DNA of 64,000 nucleotides, from NCBI RefSeq assembly GCF_033153115.1, contig NW_026889758.1, positions 36,580,001-36,644,000 on the forward strand, written 5' to 3'. The notes below the pieces were generated by a model. The model saw only the letters and a program-made list of their open reading frames with translations, was not told where the DNA came from and ran no database searches. Below, in pieces: positions 1-14,000 of the stretch. The stretch's first letter is position 1, and each line of letters opens with the position of its first letter. A program made the translations under genes and the position numbers. Source of the stretch: Saccostrea echinata (Eukaryota).

Positions 1-3000
1 AATATATTAAGGTCTTTGATAATGATTTCACCACTATATATAATGACTTCACCACTTCATATAAAGGTTATACCACCTCATATAATATGAAAGTGACCTT
101 CAGGCAGCTATGGCGTTCCATACATTTAACTTGTATACTAAAGATCTAGTGATTTTTTTTTAAATTTTTTTCTTCTGTAGTAATTTAAAGTTTCTTAGGG
201 CGTCAGTACGACGTCTATATCAAACTGAACTGCTCTTCGATGTGTCGTAACGTCACCAAACGTCGCCATTTTTGGCTTGTTGATTTTACCACTTTCCCAT
301 TTCAAATGCTCGGGAAACTGCGAAAAATTAAGCAAATGCCTTGAAAATTTTCAAAAGACGACATAATAGATAATGGATTAGAAATAGTATAATTTTTACC
401 CCAACCTTTTCTATTCAGTCCTTTTATTTCGAAATAATGCTTATGTATTCGTAAATGAAACCCTGTTTTTTTTATTGTGCGCCGTAGGACCGTACCCAGT
501 GTACATTCAAGCATAAAAAATCTTTATTTGTGTCTATATTTTATCCAAAATATTACGATGCACTTAAATATGATAAACAATTGCTGAAAATTTCAACTAA
601 GTGTGCCCAATACTAGTATTTTTCGAGAAAAACGCTTTGTCCACGATTTTACCGGACAACCCTCGTGTGTACATGTATAGTAATTCATCTTTTAGGAAGT
701 TTCAAAACAAAGTAAACCTTTTGGGGGAAAGATTTTCAAACAGATGATTTTCCACATAGAATGCAGGATTTGTATATGAATATTTTAAGAACACGATGAA
801 ATTTATCCCTAAACAAGATTAACTGCTTTAATGTCAAACCTTTTGTTTGTAAACACCTGTCTAGCACCTGTCGATAAATGTGTAAAAACTTATTGTAATA
901 TCTGTGGTAATATATGTAACTGTAACTTATAGGCCAAAGAGACATTCATATAATATGGCACCGGTAAAAGTTTCTGTTATCAAATCAAGCCTTTGGAAAA
1001 AAGTATTTTAGTTTTATGCATCTTTTTTGCGTAAAATGCACAAGACTAGCCATAAAAAACTTTCCATTTCAATCCTGATTGCAGATCATTTTTTTTACTG
1101 TTTACGAATTCGATACGGAGAGGAAAGAGAAATACTATTACTCAGTATTTCAATCCTACATCAAGTGAAAACAAAGAGGCAATACTGGGTATGTCGCCAG
1201 GTATGCTTGGCTCCTTAGTAATTTGTTGTAGAAAGACAACGACTATTATACAAGTAATTGTTTTCATAGAATATTCAATAAATACAATCATTTTACAGAA
1301 AACATAATAAATAACAAAAATTTTAATTTACTTAACATTAATTCTATATCCCAGTCCAAAATCATGGACGAACTACATGTAGTTTTTATCTTGATTATAA
1401 AATGTGTAGTTTTGAAGGTACACTTTAAGTTTCTAAAAAAAAAAAATCAGCATTTGTTATCAAATAATTATTAGTGAATATCGTATTCAACTTTTCTTCA
1501 CGTATTTTGTTTAATTATTCTCTAAGTAAGGGAAGCTCATATTTTCCTGTCATATCCTCGCTCGAAAAATGAGTGGAAACAATCTTATATACACTTAGCA
1601 GGATTGACAAAGATTGTAGGACTTACTTTAAATTCGTTAAGTTTACCATTCGAAAAAAAAAGAACTTGGCGTCCGAAATCTATTTGAAATTATTTTTGGT
1701 ATTTACGAAGCTTAGTTCAGGTATATTTTAATAGAAAAAAATGTCAGTTAATTGGTGTAAAAGTTGTGCAGATAAGACCAAAACGTGTCATAAATATGAG
1801 GTGTGACGTTTTCACCGTCAACAAGTAACGTGAACGACATTTTTGTACACTAGTAATTTCGGATGTTTTGTTCTAATTTAATGATCAAATAGTTCAAGAA
1901 GTAATACATTTAACAAACAGATAAATTGTATGACAAAAAATAATTAGCAATTTCCGTCAAAACAGATCTACGTGTGACGGCTTAAGGCAGCTTAGTAAAA
2001 AAAAAAATTAAAAAAAAAACGCTATCGACCATTTACGACATAAAGACTTTATTTTTCAAAAAATGCATTTTCGGTAAATCAATGATATGATTATTTATTT
2101 AACATTTAGAGATTTTCAGTGGGCGATTAAAACATGTCATTCTACTTTTGTGGTATTCAAACAACAATATAAATCTTATATCTTGTTCCCCAAATGTTGT
2201 GCAACAGCTGCTCCGGGCACTCAAGAGTATCCATCCGAGAACAGTTAATCGAGCAGAACGGCATAGTAATATCGAAAGGCGAGTGTCATTCACAAAAGTT
2301 TCCATTAAACATCCATTCGTTACCATCCCAAGAGTTTTTCCTTTGGTATTTCAATTCCGTGAGCAGATGAAAAAGAAGAAAAAAACTGAAATTAATTTCA
2401 GAATTGTGGTATTGCAAGATTTACATTAACCACAAAGAGTGCACGCGATAACAAGGCATTTCATGAATTTATCATAAAATCGTTTTTAGATGATGTTGTA
2501 ATTAGGGAGACCGTCAGATACGATTGGTCGATTTTCTTACAATATTGAAAATGATTAAGTCGTTCTTTTCTTGAGTAAGCCGAAACCTTTAAGATGAGTT
2601 TACAGAAGAGGTAGCTTTAGTGAAAAGTATATAGTATAATTGATGGTGTACCGCAATGAAAATGTTGGTGTACCGCAATGAAATTGTCTTAAAGGCAGAT
2701 GTGTACTGGTTGAAAAAGTTATATCAAGACGATTATTTCATGCTTTGTCAAAATCGTGTCTATTTCACTCCAAAAACGTTTTCACATATACCAGGAGTTG
2801 CAAGGTAACCTTTTTCCATTACGCAAACGATACCAATTAACCACTGCCAGTATTATGACTTACGCTACAATTGCAGCCCATGGGGTGATATTTGGTGATT
2901 CACTGCCACAATCAAATGACAGAAAACTTTCTATGTAATGTTAACGGATGCTGCAAGTGTCAATGCGTTTTATTTAATCGAATCTAAGTTTGCTCAGAGT

Positions 3001-6000
3001 TTCAAAAAATTATTGACAATAACGTATGATGTATCATTTAGAAATTATGATTTCAAAAACCTCACGATCATTAGATGTCATTAAGAATTAATGAATTTAT
3101 TTCTTCAGAATTTGAACTGCATGTAACAGAACTTAAAATTCTTGGACTTTTGTCCCATTCATCATTTTAATATCTAACGTTAAATTTTACTAGAAATTAA
3201 AGAAATATCTAAATAAGTTAGATTTTAGATTAGAATTATCAGATTAAAATTGAAAAAGAAGCAAATGTAAATTTACATCATATGCAACAGAGTTCCGTAT
3301 AATTGCAGATATTCATATCCAATCTCATCAGAGCAAAAATTGAGAAATGGCCAGATTGAAGAAAACCTGATAAAAATGCTTTAGCGCACAGTTTAAGTGG
3401 GACAAAAAGATATTTCATTGTGTGTGTCCACATGTATCTCACTCATTGATATGCACATTGATACTGATACATATTATGATACATGTATACCCTTTAATCT
3501 TTTAAGTGGGATTCCTATATGGACACAAATGAACGTTAATTCTCCCTATATTATAAAGCTGGTATTAAATGAGTGCTAGAATTCCAATTGATTATTGCAA
3601 TAAGTGAAGTACAAAGATTGCATTTTACGGTATAATGTATAAACGATCCATTAGTGTAATGTATGAATTTAACTTCGGGTGAAATTTTATGAATGAACAG
3701 AAGAGTGCATTGAGGGTGTGTAGAAGTAGCCTGACCTTGTCATTTTGTTATTCATTAAAATTACGCACAAATTAAGAGAGGATGTAATTTAGCATTTACA
3801 GAAAGCAATATTTTAGGGACTTTTTATTTTATTTTTCCTTTGCAATTGGTCAGACAATAAAAAAATTAAGTGAAAGTTTGATACTGTATTACATACCAAA
3901 AACATTTAAGAAAGTACAACTCATGATAACCTAAGTTCAACAAAATTAAATCAGAGAAAGATTAATGCACTTAAGAAATTGATAAGCAATTTAATCCCTT
4001 GTACGTTCAGCAATACTATATACAGTGAACAGTCTCGTTGTAGATGAATTAATGTGCTTTGCTTGTTCATGACTTGTAATTGTTAAATACAAAAAGTAAT
4101 AATGCTTTTAATTTAATCAAGAGCAATGCTGTACATATCGTATTCTTTCTCCCGTGTTGCAGGAGAATTAATGTGTACTCGACAAATCAGAACATTGGAA
4201 CATTGACAAAAGAACTGTCTTGACTTTTTACATCCCAATTTCTTTATTTTTCAAAGCATTTAAGGAAAACAAACATGTTTTCAAAGTGCGACCTCTCACT
4301 TAGTAAGGATGATTGTTTCTCTATTCACACACAACCTGTGCTGAATTATTTGTTTGGCCACATTGGCTGAAAATCCAGTGCTTAGAGCAAACATTTTAGT
4401 CAATATAATGGATAGAAAATAATTTATTCACATGGTACCCTAAATTCTTTTGAAAATAGCGGATTATCGGTTATTCTTTGAGTAAACCTCTTCTTTATGG
4501 CCGGCTTTGAGTCTTTATTGTAAATAAATGAGACCAAAATCCTTAAATAAACACTTTCTATTGGAAAGACATGATTTAGTCTAGAAAAGTTTATGTTGAC
4601 TTTGGTGTCCATTAGTTTTGCGAAGTCTGTGAAAGGGATACTATACAAAAACAAACATCTTGCGCAACCCTGTTAGTGATTCCATTTAAAGAAATCACCT
4701 CTCTCAAACTAAAGTTGTGGTAATCCTTTCACACATGCGTGATGAAGTGTGCTCTCGTCTTGTAATTACGGCACATTGTCATGGCGACCGGAAGAGGGGT
4801 TTCGAAAACGAGGCGATGTTCAATTTCTACAGAATGACACCTGAAGAATCTAAATAATCCTTTGTTGACTCTTGTATGTGTGAAATAAGCAATTAACTAC
4901 CGAATTGAAACGGTTCATCACTGTTTGTTTTGGTAAAATTACTGATATTAAGAGGTTGTGAAATCGATAAGATGTGAAATTTACTTGTAAATCCGCCTTT
5001 TATGACCCGTAAATTTAGTAAACAAGTGTTGTTGAGATATAGCCCATGCCAAATCAAGTTTGATATTACACAAAAGTTTTATTTTGTCAAGAAAAAAACC
5101 CTCTATAAAATATGTCAGTGTTAAGGTGTTATTTATTTTTTTTATGATACTATTTAATGCAAATCTGGTATATATAAACAATATAAGTTTCTTGAAATTT
5201 ACAAACTATTTTAAACATATGATTTTTAAAATAGGATGAATAAGATTATATGAGATATGATTGAAATTTTATTTAACTCGATACATAATTAAAACTAATA
5301 ATAAAATTTAATGTAAGTCGAGAATTGTTATACATATTTCTTACAAATATTGTTTATAATGCAGATGCATAATTGACATTCCTAGTAAATGACACGCGAA
5401 ATAGAATACTATATAAAATGTACAATATGCTGGTAACTGCAAAACTTCAACTCTATCCGCGGGGTAAAGATAAAAAATCAAGATTATCATTCAAAATTTG
5501 TTTCACCAATTTGTTTTCGCAGAGAGAGATAATATACCTGTCTGATTGTCTTGACACCAGAGGTACACGAGTTTCTCATGTCGTGTCTTGTACAATACTC
5601 AGGTTATTGATATTATCATCGTGAACTGGACTGCATCACTGCTCTCAGGCGGAGAATATTAGTGAAGGGACAATATTGTTTTAGAAACAGATATGACAAT
5701 TTTTGATGACTTATTTTCGCCCTTTGGGTTTGATTGTTATCAAAATTATGATTGTAATACAAAGTGGGTCTATGATTAAGACATTTTTCTCCTGTGAGTG
5801 TGTTCTGAAAAAAAAAAGAAGAAAATACAGTTTTTTCTCTAAGAAAGGAATTTTTAGGGATTTACATGCTTTAATTGAAACATTTGCATTGCATAAAAGA
5901 CCTAATATTCTAATTTTAAACAATTTATAGTTTAAATCTTTTGTTTCATGAAATGAGCCATGATTGATGTACATACATCAACTCTGTGTCCATTATTTTT

Positions 6001-6225
6001 TAATCGATTTAAGAGTTCCACTCACTGGTCCAAATTGAAAAAAAATATGTTTAGTTTAATTTTTGATAAAAGTTTGATAATACAACTTCAAACCTTTTTA
6101 ACGGGGCATATTTCACAAAATTTCGGCAGACTGATCAAAAAGGTACTTGCCAATTCCCGCTTAGGAGTCAGTAAAACAAGATGCCCAATGTCTGCAATAA
6201 ATATCATAGAAAATAACAATTAAAT

Positions 6226-6278
<53 letters not shown>

Positions 6279-7375
6279 GAAAGAGAGTTCACTTGCATTT
6301 TTATCTGGAAAATTTTTAAGTATGCAGATTGTATATTTATGATTGTATTTGTTTTCAACGACATAATACATCATCCTCAGATATCCAAACGGTCAGAATT
6401 AAAAATATTTTTAATTGACAGCATTTGAATGTACCTTCACAGCAAATTGACATTGTTTGATCTTTTTCGATCTCTGCCATAAAAAAGAAAATCAGCATCA
6501 TCGGCTGTGGTGACAGTGGAAAAAATAAAAAAAAAATTTAGAATTCGGCAGATTTTGGCGATGTGATTTAATCTATAATTACGATGAAAATGGTTCGAGC
6601 GTGATGTCAAGAGATAACTCGACAAAGGCGGCGCATTTACTTCCTAAAAATTATTTACTATAAAATATAATTTGGAGAGAAATGTGAAAAGAAAGCTAAT
6701 TCACTGGAACACATAAATGTGATGGGCGATTAAATATAAATTAGCTCGCCTGCGTTTTTTTTTTAATCTGGTTCTTTGCGAACCTGGAATCCTCATCATC
6801 TATACACCATCCAGAAGTTTGGATATTTCTACCACAATAATAAAAGAAAAATTGCAAGAAATACATAAGCAAAGAATCAAAATTAAATACAGAATGTGCA
6901 GTCATCAGTATTATGTATGATCTCTCTATATGTAAATATAGGAGGGTTGTTTTCATCACCCATTTTAACTGATAAAAATCTACAAAATGCCAAATGCAGA
7001 TGTTTATGAAAGAAAGCTATGTTTTTTACCCACCTGTCGAAAACTCTATGGACGAAATAAATGGATAAGAATACAACTTCAATCTTAGTAAAAAAAAAAA
7101 AAAAAATTCATTATAATATTCATGTTCTGAATTTTTCTATGGTTTCACTTGACATCTACCACAGCTTCCTGTAACTGTGCGTCTCTGACGTAAGCATCAA
7201 ACCCAGAAACCTCTAGGTAGAGCTCATAAAACGAACGGAATCTACCAGTGCAAAGTGTTAAAAATTTGTAAACGCCTTAAGCTTAAATGTTCATATGAAA
7301 GCATACACTTTAATTTTTGTCGATAATCAGAGGGGCGTAAAAATAACATGGCGTGAAGATGATGTCGTTGGTTTA

Positions 7376-7407
7376 TGATTGGTTCGCAGAGCTGTCAATC
7401 AAGGTCA
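7376..7407 (+). promoter_or_regulatory. Candidate gsc proximal promoter module: CCAAT box, PBX/PREP-MEIS decamer and NR5A-type site
   Basis: ATTGG at 7378-7382, CTGTCAATCA (reverse complement TGATTGACAG) at 7392-7401, TCAAGGTCA at 7399-7407; about 450 bp upstream of the ATG. Confidence 0.5.
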
Positions 7408-7853
7408 GGGAACAAAAGCAATAGGAGATTTGGACTCGAATTACCGATTACCTATGACAATAAAGAAAATAAAAGTTAAAGTTTTTGAAAATATAGATAC
7501 TTTATCCTTGAACAACAATACGACAGGGTATCATTCTGACTTTGATGCTACCAAGGATCCTAACTTTTTGACAAACACTTGAGTTTACAGTTGACACTTG
7601 AACGTATCGCGCATCGTTGCAAAACCACAGGACTTTATTTACTATATATCTATATATCTTTTTTCATACTGATAAAACAACGTAAGTGTACAGGAAATAA
7701 AAGGACTTCTGATACTACGGACTGTTGGTTTATTTCGCTGAATAGAAGATGTTTCTAACGTTGTGATTGCTTTGTTCCTGTTTTGGTATTTTTACGACCA
7801 ACAGTGTTTTAAATTGACGGTACATTCCAAGACTTTTGCTGTGATCTGTGAAA

Positions 7854-8046
7854 ATGCACCACCTTCCATATTATTACTCCTCGGAGCAGCTCAAATCATA
7901 CCATAACAGCATGTTAGCGGCCGCTAGTACCAGTCCCCCACTATTCACAATCGACAATATCCTGGCTCCAAGACCTTACCTCACCCACAGACCCTCACCC
8001 TACTTCCCATACCCGGGGCTTCCGCACACACCACAGGACCTCTTTG
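7854..8046 (+). CDS. gsc: gsc coding exon 1 (eh1 repression motif)
   Basis: ATG at 7854, MHHLPYYY...[13 protein letters not shown]...PQDLF; donor G|GTAAGT at 8047, phase 1. Confidence 0.9.
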
Positions 8047-11000
8047 GTAAGTCTATATTATAAAAATTATAAACAAAATGATTTTATTTAGATAAACTAA
8101 TATTTAAAATTGTCAGTACAATGTACCGATTCTTGCTTAACTATTTTTGTTTTCCATAAATAACTAAATTTTATTTTTAGTCTTATTTATAAAAAAAAAT
8201 ATCTAATACCAAAAATTTGAAGAACATCTTTTCATCAGTTATATGAACACATAATGAAAAAGTAATATGTAAATATTCATGAAATTTTTCAAAATATCCA
8301 ACCATACTGGTATTAAGAATAAAGGCATGTTTTCATATTTATATTCTTTCTTTGTAAAAGGTTAGTTGGAGACATTTTCTGCATTCCAAAATTATAATAA
8401 GAAAGGCAACATTAAAAATTTTGGGGGCAGAGTTCCTTGCATTTTTTGTCAAGGAAAACTCTATGAATTATTTAAGATAAAAACCATTTAATCTCAAAAA
8501 TATTTATGGTTCATCCACGGAAAGTATATAAAAGTGAAAAATAAAATAAAGATAACAATATATCATATTCCCAAATATTTAGTCTTCAACTAAATTATTC
8601 ATTTAAAAATGTGAACAAAAAAAGTTGGTATGAAATAAAAAAAAAAATCATCATGTTATTAAGAGGAATGATAGTAATATTTATTAATTAATTATATATA
8701 TATTTGTAAATAACACTATTTCGAAACAACTGCAGTCAAAAAATGTGCAAAAGAACATGTACTTGTAATAAAATAAAATAAAATAGTTACAATCGACTTC
8801 CATTTGTAAAGTATCAATGTATCCAAATTTAAAAAAAAAAAATCTGCTTCGATTCATTCTACTTATAAATACGAAAATTTGTGTACATGATGAGAGAGAG
8901 AGAGAGAGATTTGCAGATTTTATCAAAAATAAGGCTACGACATACTTTTATTCAATACTTCAATACTGTTTATGAGTGAAAAGTTGAGGATGACAAGGGA
9001 ATCGTTAGTTTTTGTCGTACCCTTTCTAAAATAGTAACTTCTCATCCCGGGTTAGGGTGTTAAGGATGTGGTAACGAGTAAGCTAACAGGCTTGAAAAGT
9101 CTTGAGATTATTCAAATGAAAAGGATGCCTCCTTAATTCACGCAAATTTGAGTTTAAGTGGTTAATATTTACTTTATTTGACTAAATCTGATAAGTTCTG
9201 ACTCGTACCTGTTATGGGACAAATTATGGTCACTCCATTTTCAATTAACAATTGTAAAGGCTAACAGTTGATTTCGGACATCAGTTTGGCAGGGATGGAC
9301 ACAAAGTAGCCACCTCGCGACATCTCCCTTACATGGAAAGCACTAGGGCTTTAAGTGGGTGTCACATTCAATAATCGAAACACCAAATACGCGGAATATG
9401 CGTATTGTCCTGCCCATCTCTAATTATATGATAGCTTTAATCGAATTTAAAACTCTCGTTGTTGACGGTGTTTGTATGTTAAATAAGACAAACAGTCTCT
9501 ACAGGCACAGATGCTCATCCGAGTATTTATATAGTAGTTAATGGACTTTTGAAATATTAAAATTTAATCGTAATCTTCTGGCGCGTATAATTCTCCAAGA
9601 TGTTCTTACGGATTGAAATGAAACACCTATTTTTCTATAAAATTAATACTATTAATTAACATCGGATTGATTTACAGAGTTATGAAATTTTGATGAAATC
9701 TTATAAAATTCTTCTTTCCATCAATCCACCGAACATGCAATTTCTATATGATTGATATTAAAAGAAAACAATATAAAAATTTGATTACTTTTACAATTTT
9801 TTAATGGAAATAAACAGATTGCCAGCTAGCTGAAATTAATGCACCAGGGACTTAATTTGCCAGGTATTGTGTAATTAATATTGACGTTCTTACTTTGATG
9901 ATCCTATTAAAGATATATTTCATAAAATGGTCCGAATAAATGAGATTGACTTAAAGCAAATAGATGTCGTACTATCGGCTCCTGTGATCTATCTTTTAAC
10001 ATCACACTTTTATTGTTCAGGACGAAGGTTACTCTGGCCTTAATGGGTTTATCACAGATTAAAGTGTATTTTCTACAGATTTTGTTAAGAAAAAAGTAAA
10101 TATCTGTAAAAGAAACAACGCTCAGCTTCTTTTTTGTTTACTAAATCAATTAATACTCCCCGGTTTAGTTCGGTTGTTTTTAGGTATTAGCTTTAACAAG
10201 ATTGGCGCGAATTATCTCTATACAGACAATCTGAGCGGCAGAGATCAATGACTTTGTGTAATGGTCCCTAAATGGATAATGATTTAAGCTCATAAAATAT
10301 ATAATGCACTTATCTCCAGCCCGACTCAGAGATCCCTGACAATGATAACTTCTATAAAGTTAACTACAGCACAAATCTATACAGAAATTCAGAAAAGCAA
10401 GGATGTCGAAAATATGAAAAGACCTCATTTGCATGTTTGCGTAATTTTTCAAATCACTATTTTGCATTTTATTTTTAATGTTCAGCGGCTTGTCATGAAT
10501 AAGAAAATAACCCATTTAAAAGGTTTTCCTGCTTGACACCTGTATAAAATCAATGTAGCGGTGTCATCTGTTTTGTTAACATGAATATAGCAAAATTAGT
10601 ATATTTTTTCTTAAGTTTAAATTTATCTTTGTTTTCCAAAAATAAGAATTAATCTCTAAAGAAAAGTCTGCTTTCTAATTCTGCGAATGAAAACACAAAA
10701 GTTTCGATGTTAAAAAGTATGAGTTTTTTTTTTTTTTTTGGTTAATAGTACTCAAAAATTCAAAAGCACCCGCACGACGGGAGTGTTTGCCGTGCAGAAG
10801 CGTGGACACCCCACAGAGTTGTTATTTTGCTGTTGTGTTAATTTTAGGATTATCGTGTTGAGTAATATACGGGAAAACCATATGAAAACACACATTCAAT
10901 AATTACTACATAAACTGGATTAGTCGAGAGGTGACTTTTTCAGAATCAGAATATTTTATGGAATTAAGGGATGAATGCGAAATAAGAAGACAAATATTCC

Positions 11001-14000
11001 CTCTGATTCTGAACAAAAGCTTTGTAAGGACTAAGGGGTGTTACACAGAAATATAAATTGTTGTTTCAGCTAAACGGTACCTAGATCATAATCTTATTGA
11101 CGTTCATTAATCGGGTCTGGGTGGAAATACCGATAAAGAAGGCTGATCCATTTTAGAAATAAAGTTGAATAATAATTTTTACAAATATTTAAGGCACAGT
11201 GTTAATTTTCTGGTGGATTTAAGTTATTCATACTTGGAACCACACTCCTAATAGTATATGTATTAGACTGAATAAGTCAGATTATATCAGGTATTCTAAA
11301 TTAAAGAAAAAGATTTAAAATGCAAAATGTATTCAATTTGACGGATTTAGAAAAAACGCCGACAGAGAAAGGACATAGCAAAATTTTTTTCATACTAAAG
11401 AATTAGTGGAACTGTGATAATTTAGACAGATTTTGCAACATAAAAGAAATAATTTTTCATTTTGCCATTTTTATTTTAAAAGAACAAAAATAAATCTGAA
11501 GCGATATAAGAAAATTGCTTTTTATTTATTGAATGCTTTCTATGAACTTTATTCAGTAGTATTTCTAAAAATTGCCGTTAGAGAGGGCATAGATTGGTCA
11601 CGTGACCTTCATTTTCTACACAGGAGTCGTTTCACACAACGACTTCATTCCTCTCACAATGAACTCATCTTGATATTAATTCAAAAATGGCTATATTCCT
11701 TGTAATTCGTCGAAGGCCGCTCGTATTTCAAGAGGATTGAGTTGCGATATTATAGATAGAAAGGGCGCAAACAAGGAGTGACAATAGCCGAGGTATTCTG
11801 TCTTTGCGGACGATTTTCCTCAAGTCCCGATTTATGTCTTTTAAGTACAAGAGTATTACAATTTCATCTTTATGTATTGCTAAAACTGATTTACATAATT
11901 GCAAGCCGTGTTTCATCGTACTCAATCCTAATGGTAGATGAAAGGTTGATATATAAATTACAAAGGAGGGTTGCCGGGTTTGGAGATTATGATTTATGGG
12001 GTAATTCTACCGAACTGGAACCAATAGCATGCAGACATGTGTATTCATAATGATTTAACTCGTAAACTTTGAAAATAAATTAAACAAATTGTTTCATATG
12101 CATATAGTTTACTCCCGTGAAATGGGACACCCGTCGCAACTAATCCCGAATAATGAAAAATTAAAATCGGTAATGTCATTATATAACATGATATTATCAG
12201 TAGGTTCGTATGACCCCAGCCAAGTATTCTGCAATTTAATCTGTAAAGCTGTGTTCTTGGGCAAACCAGATCCGTCTATCGATTTGTTTTCAATGCCATC
12301 CATTCCTCTGAAGCTGCTGCTTGTTAAAAACATCTTTTTAAATTCAAAACAGATATGAATATTTAATAGAATTATAAATTAAAAAGGCATACTCAAAAAA
12401 TTCAAAATTCAAATCCAAGACAGAATTTCCTTCAGGATATTTATAGTAATAAATAGGAACAAATGGTAATTTAGTAAATTTATATATATATACATAAACA
12501 ACATAATCTCAAATCCAGTTTTCCAAATGGCATTTTAAAGTTTATAAAAATCTAGAAAATGACTTCAATGGACCCCGTTTCTCCTTAGTTTCTCATGACA
12601 AGAGCTTCACTTTTCGTATGAGACCACAGAACTCTTTTTAAAAATCATTTATATCTAGTCTTTTCACTTCCAAAATCAACCAAAGAACACGTGTAATAAG
12701 ATTCCTTCGTCATATAAGTAAACTGTTTTATTATCATACATTTTTTTAAATCTAAAAACGGATATACTTACATCCTTATATTTTAGTAATTGGCCCTTGG
12801 GAGAATTATTTAGATTTAAAATGTTTAGTTGAATTAACTTAAAAGTTATCAACTCGTTTTAAGTAAATGATTAATAGATTATGTTATCACTTGGAGGTCA
12901 ATAATTCATTCGTCATGAAAATCCAATGCTTTTAAATATGTATATTTTTTAAATTTAAAATAAACCAAAGATTATAGATTTGTTTTTGTGGAGGAAATAA
13001 AAGAAGTGCAATATGATGGTTAGCTTTCATCAATTGAAAACGAGTTCTGATTATTCCCGTGGTAATATCTTACCAAGGCTCATTAAACTACTATGGCTCT
13101 ACGAAGCTCTATAAACCGTTATGAAGATTTTGTAAACATCAAAGTGTTCAGTCATATTTCATATTTTCAACGATTAAAGCTTTTGCAAAAAATATCAGGG
13201 AAATGTAATTTGGATTAACAAAAGAAATTTATCCCTCGTGTTTATTTATTGAATCAAATTTAGGCTCGTCTGTTGCACATTATATGAACTGAATCAACTT
13301 TAATGATTTAATTAAAGAGACCGCGGATAGAATCATTTTATAGCTATTTTAAAGAAAGAATATTAGAGAACTTATATTGTCCATAAAAATTCTTAACTTC
13401 CGATAATGAATTATATTGTGAATTTTATTTAAATAATATATATTAAAGTAATTCTTTAGAAAAATTGGCAAGAATTTGTTTCCTATAGCTTTTGATTTTA
13501 ATATTTTACCTTTTATTTAATCATGATTTAACTCAACACTTTGTTTTACACCCTATGAACTTTCAATTTTACGAGAAATACATATAAAATATTCTCAGAA
13601 CAAAAGCGAAAAAAGCAACAGGTTTTGTCACAAGAAATGATGCTTCAATCAGCACAGGGTGTCCCAAAATATATGATACCATTTGAAATACATTCCACAG
13701 ACACATCCTTTGGCTAATTTCTTTGATATATGTCTCTAAAAATATATGAATAAGTACAATTATCATTTCACAGATAGAACTTCATTCATTTATAGGGCAT
13801 CATTTAAAAACCATAGCATTTTTCAAAGTGTACTCATTTTGATGTTTTCTTTTTAATGACTGTCAAATCATGTGAATAAAATTGGACAGTATATACAATG
13901 TTTGTAATGCATTTGTTGCAATCCAATATTCATTACATTAGGTTTTACAGAATCTTGAAATGGTATCATATATTCTGGGATACCCTGTATTTACAGCAAT

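Noticed and set aside
302-7000. Short 60-93 aa ORFs here and across the intergenic region
   Set aside because: Low-complexity products, many with non-ATG starts, of AT-rich DNA, homopolymers or (TA)n; no domain or splice support.
7379-7582. 67-aa ORF upstream of gsc
   Set aside because: Non-ATG start, overlaps the promoter motifs, no homology signal.
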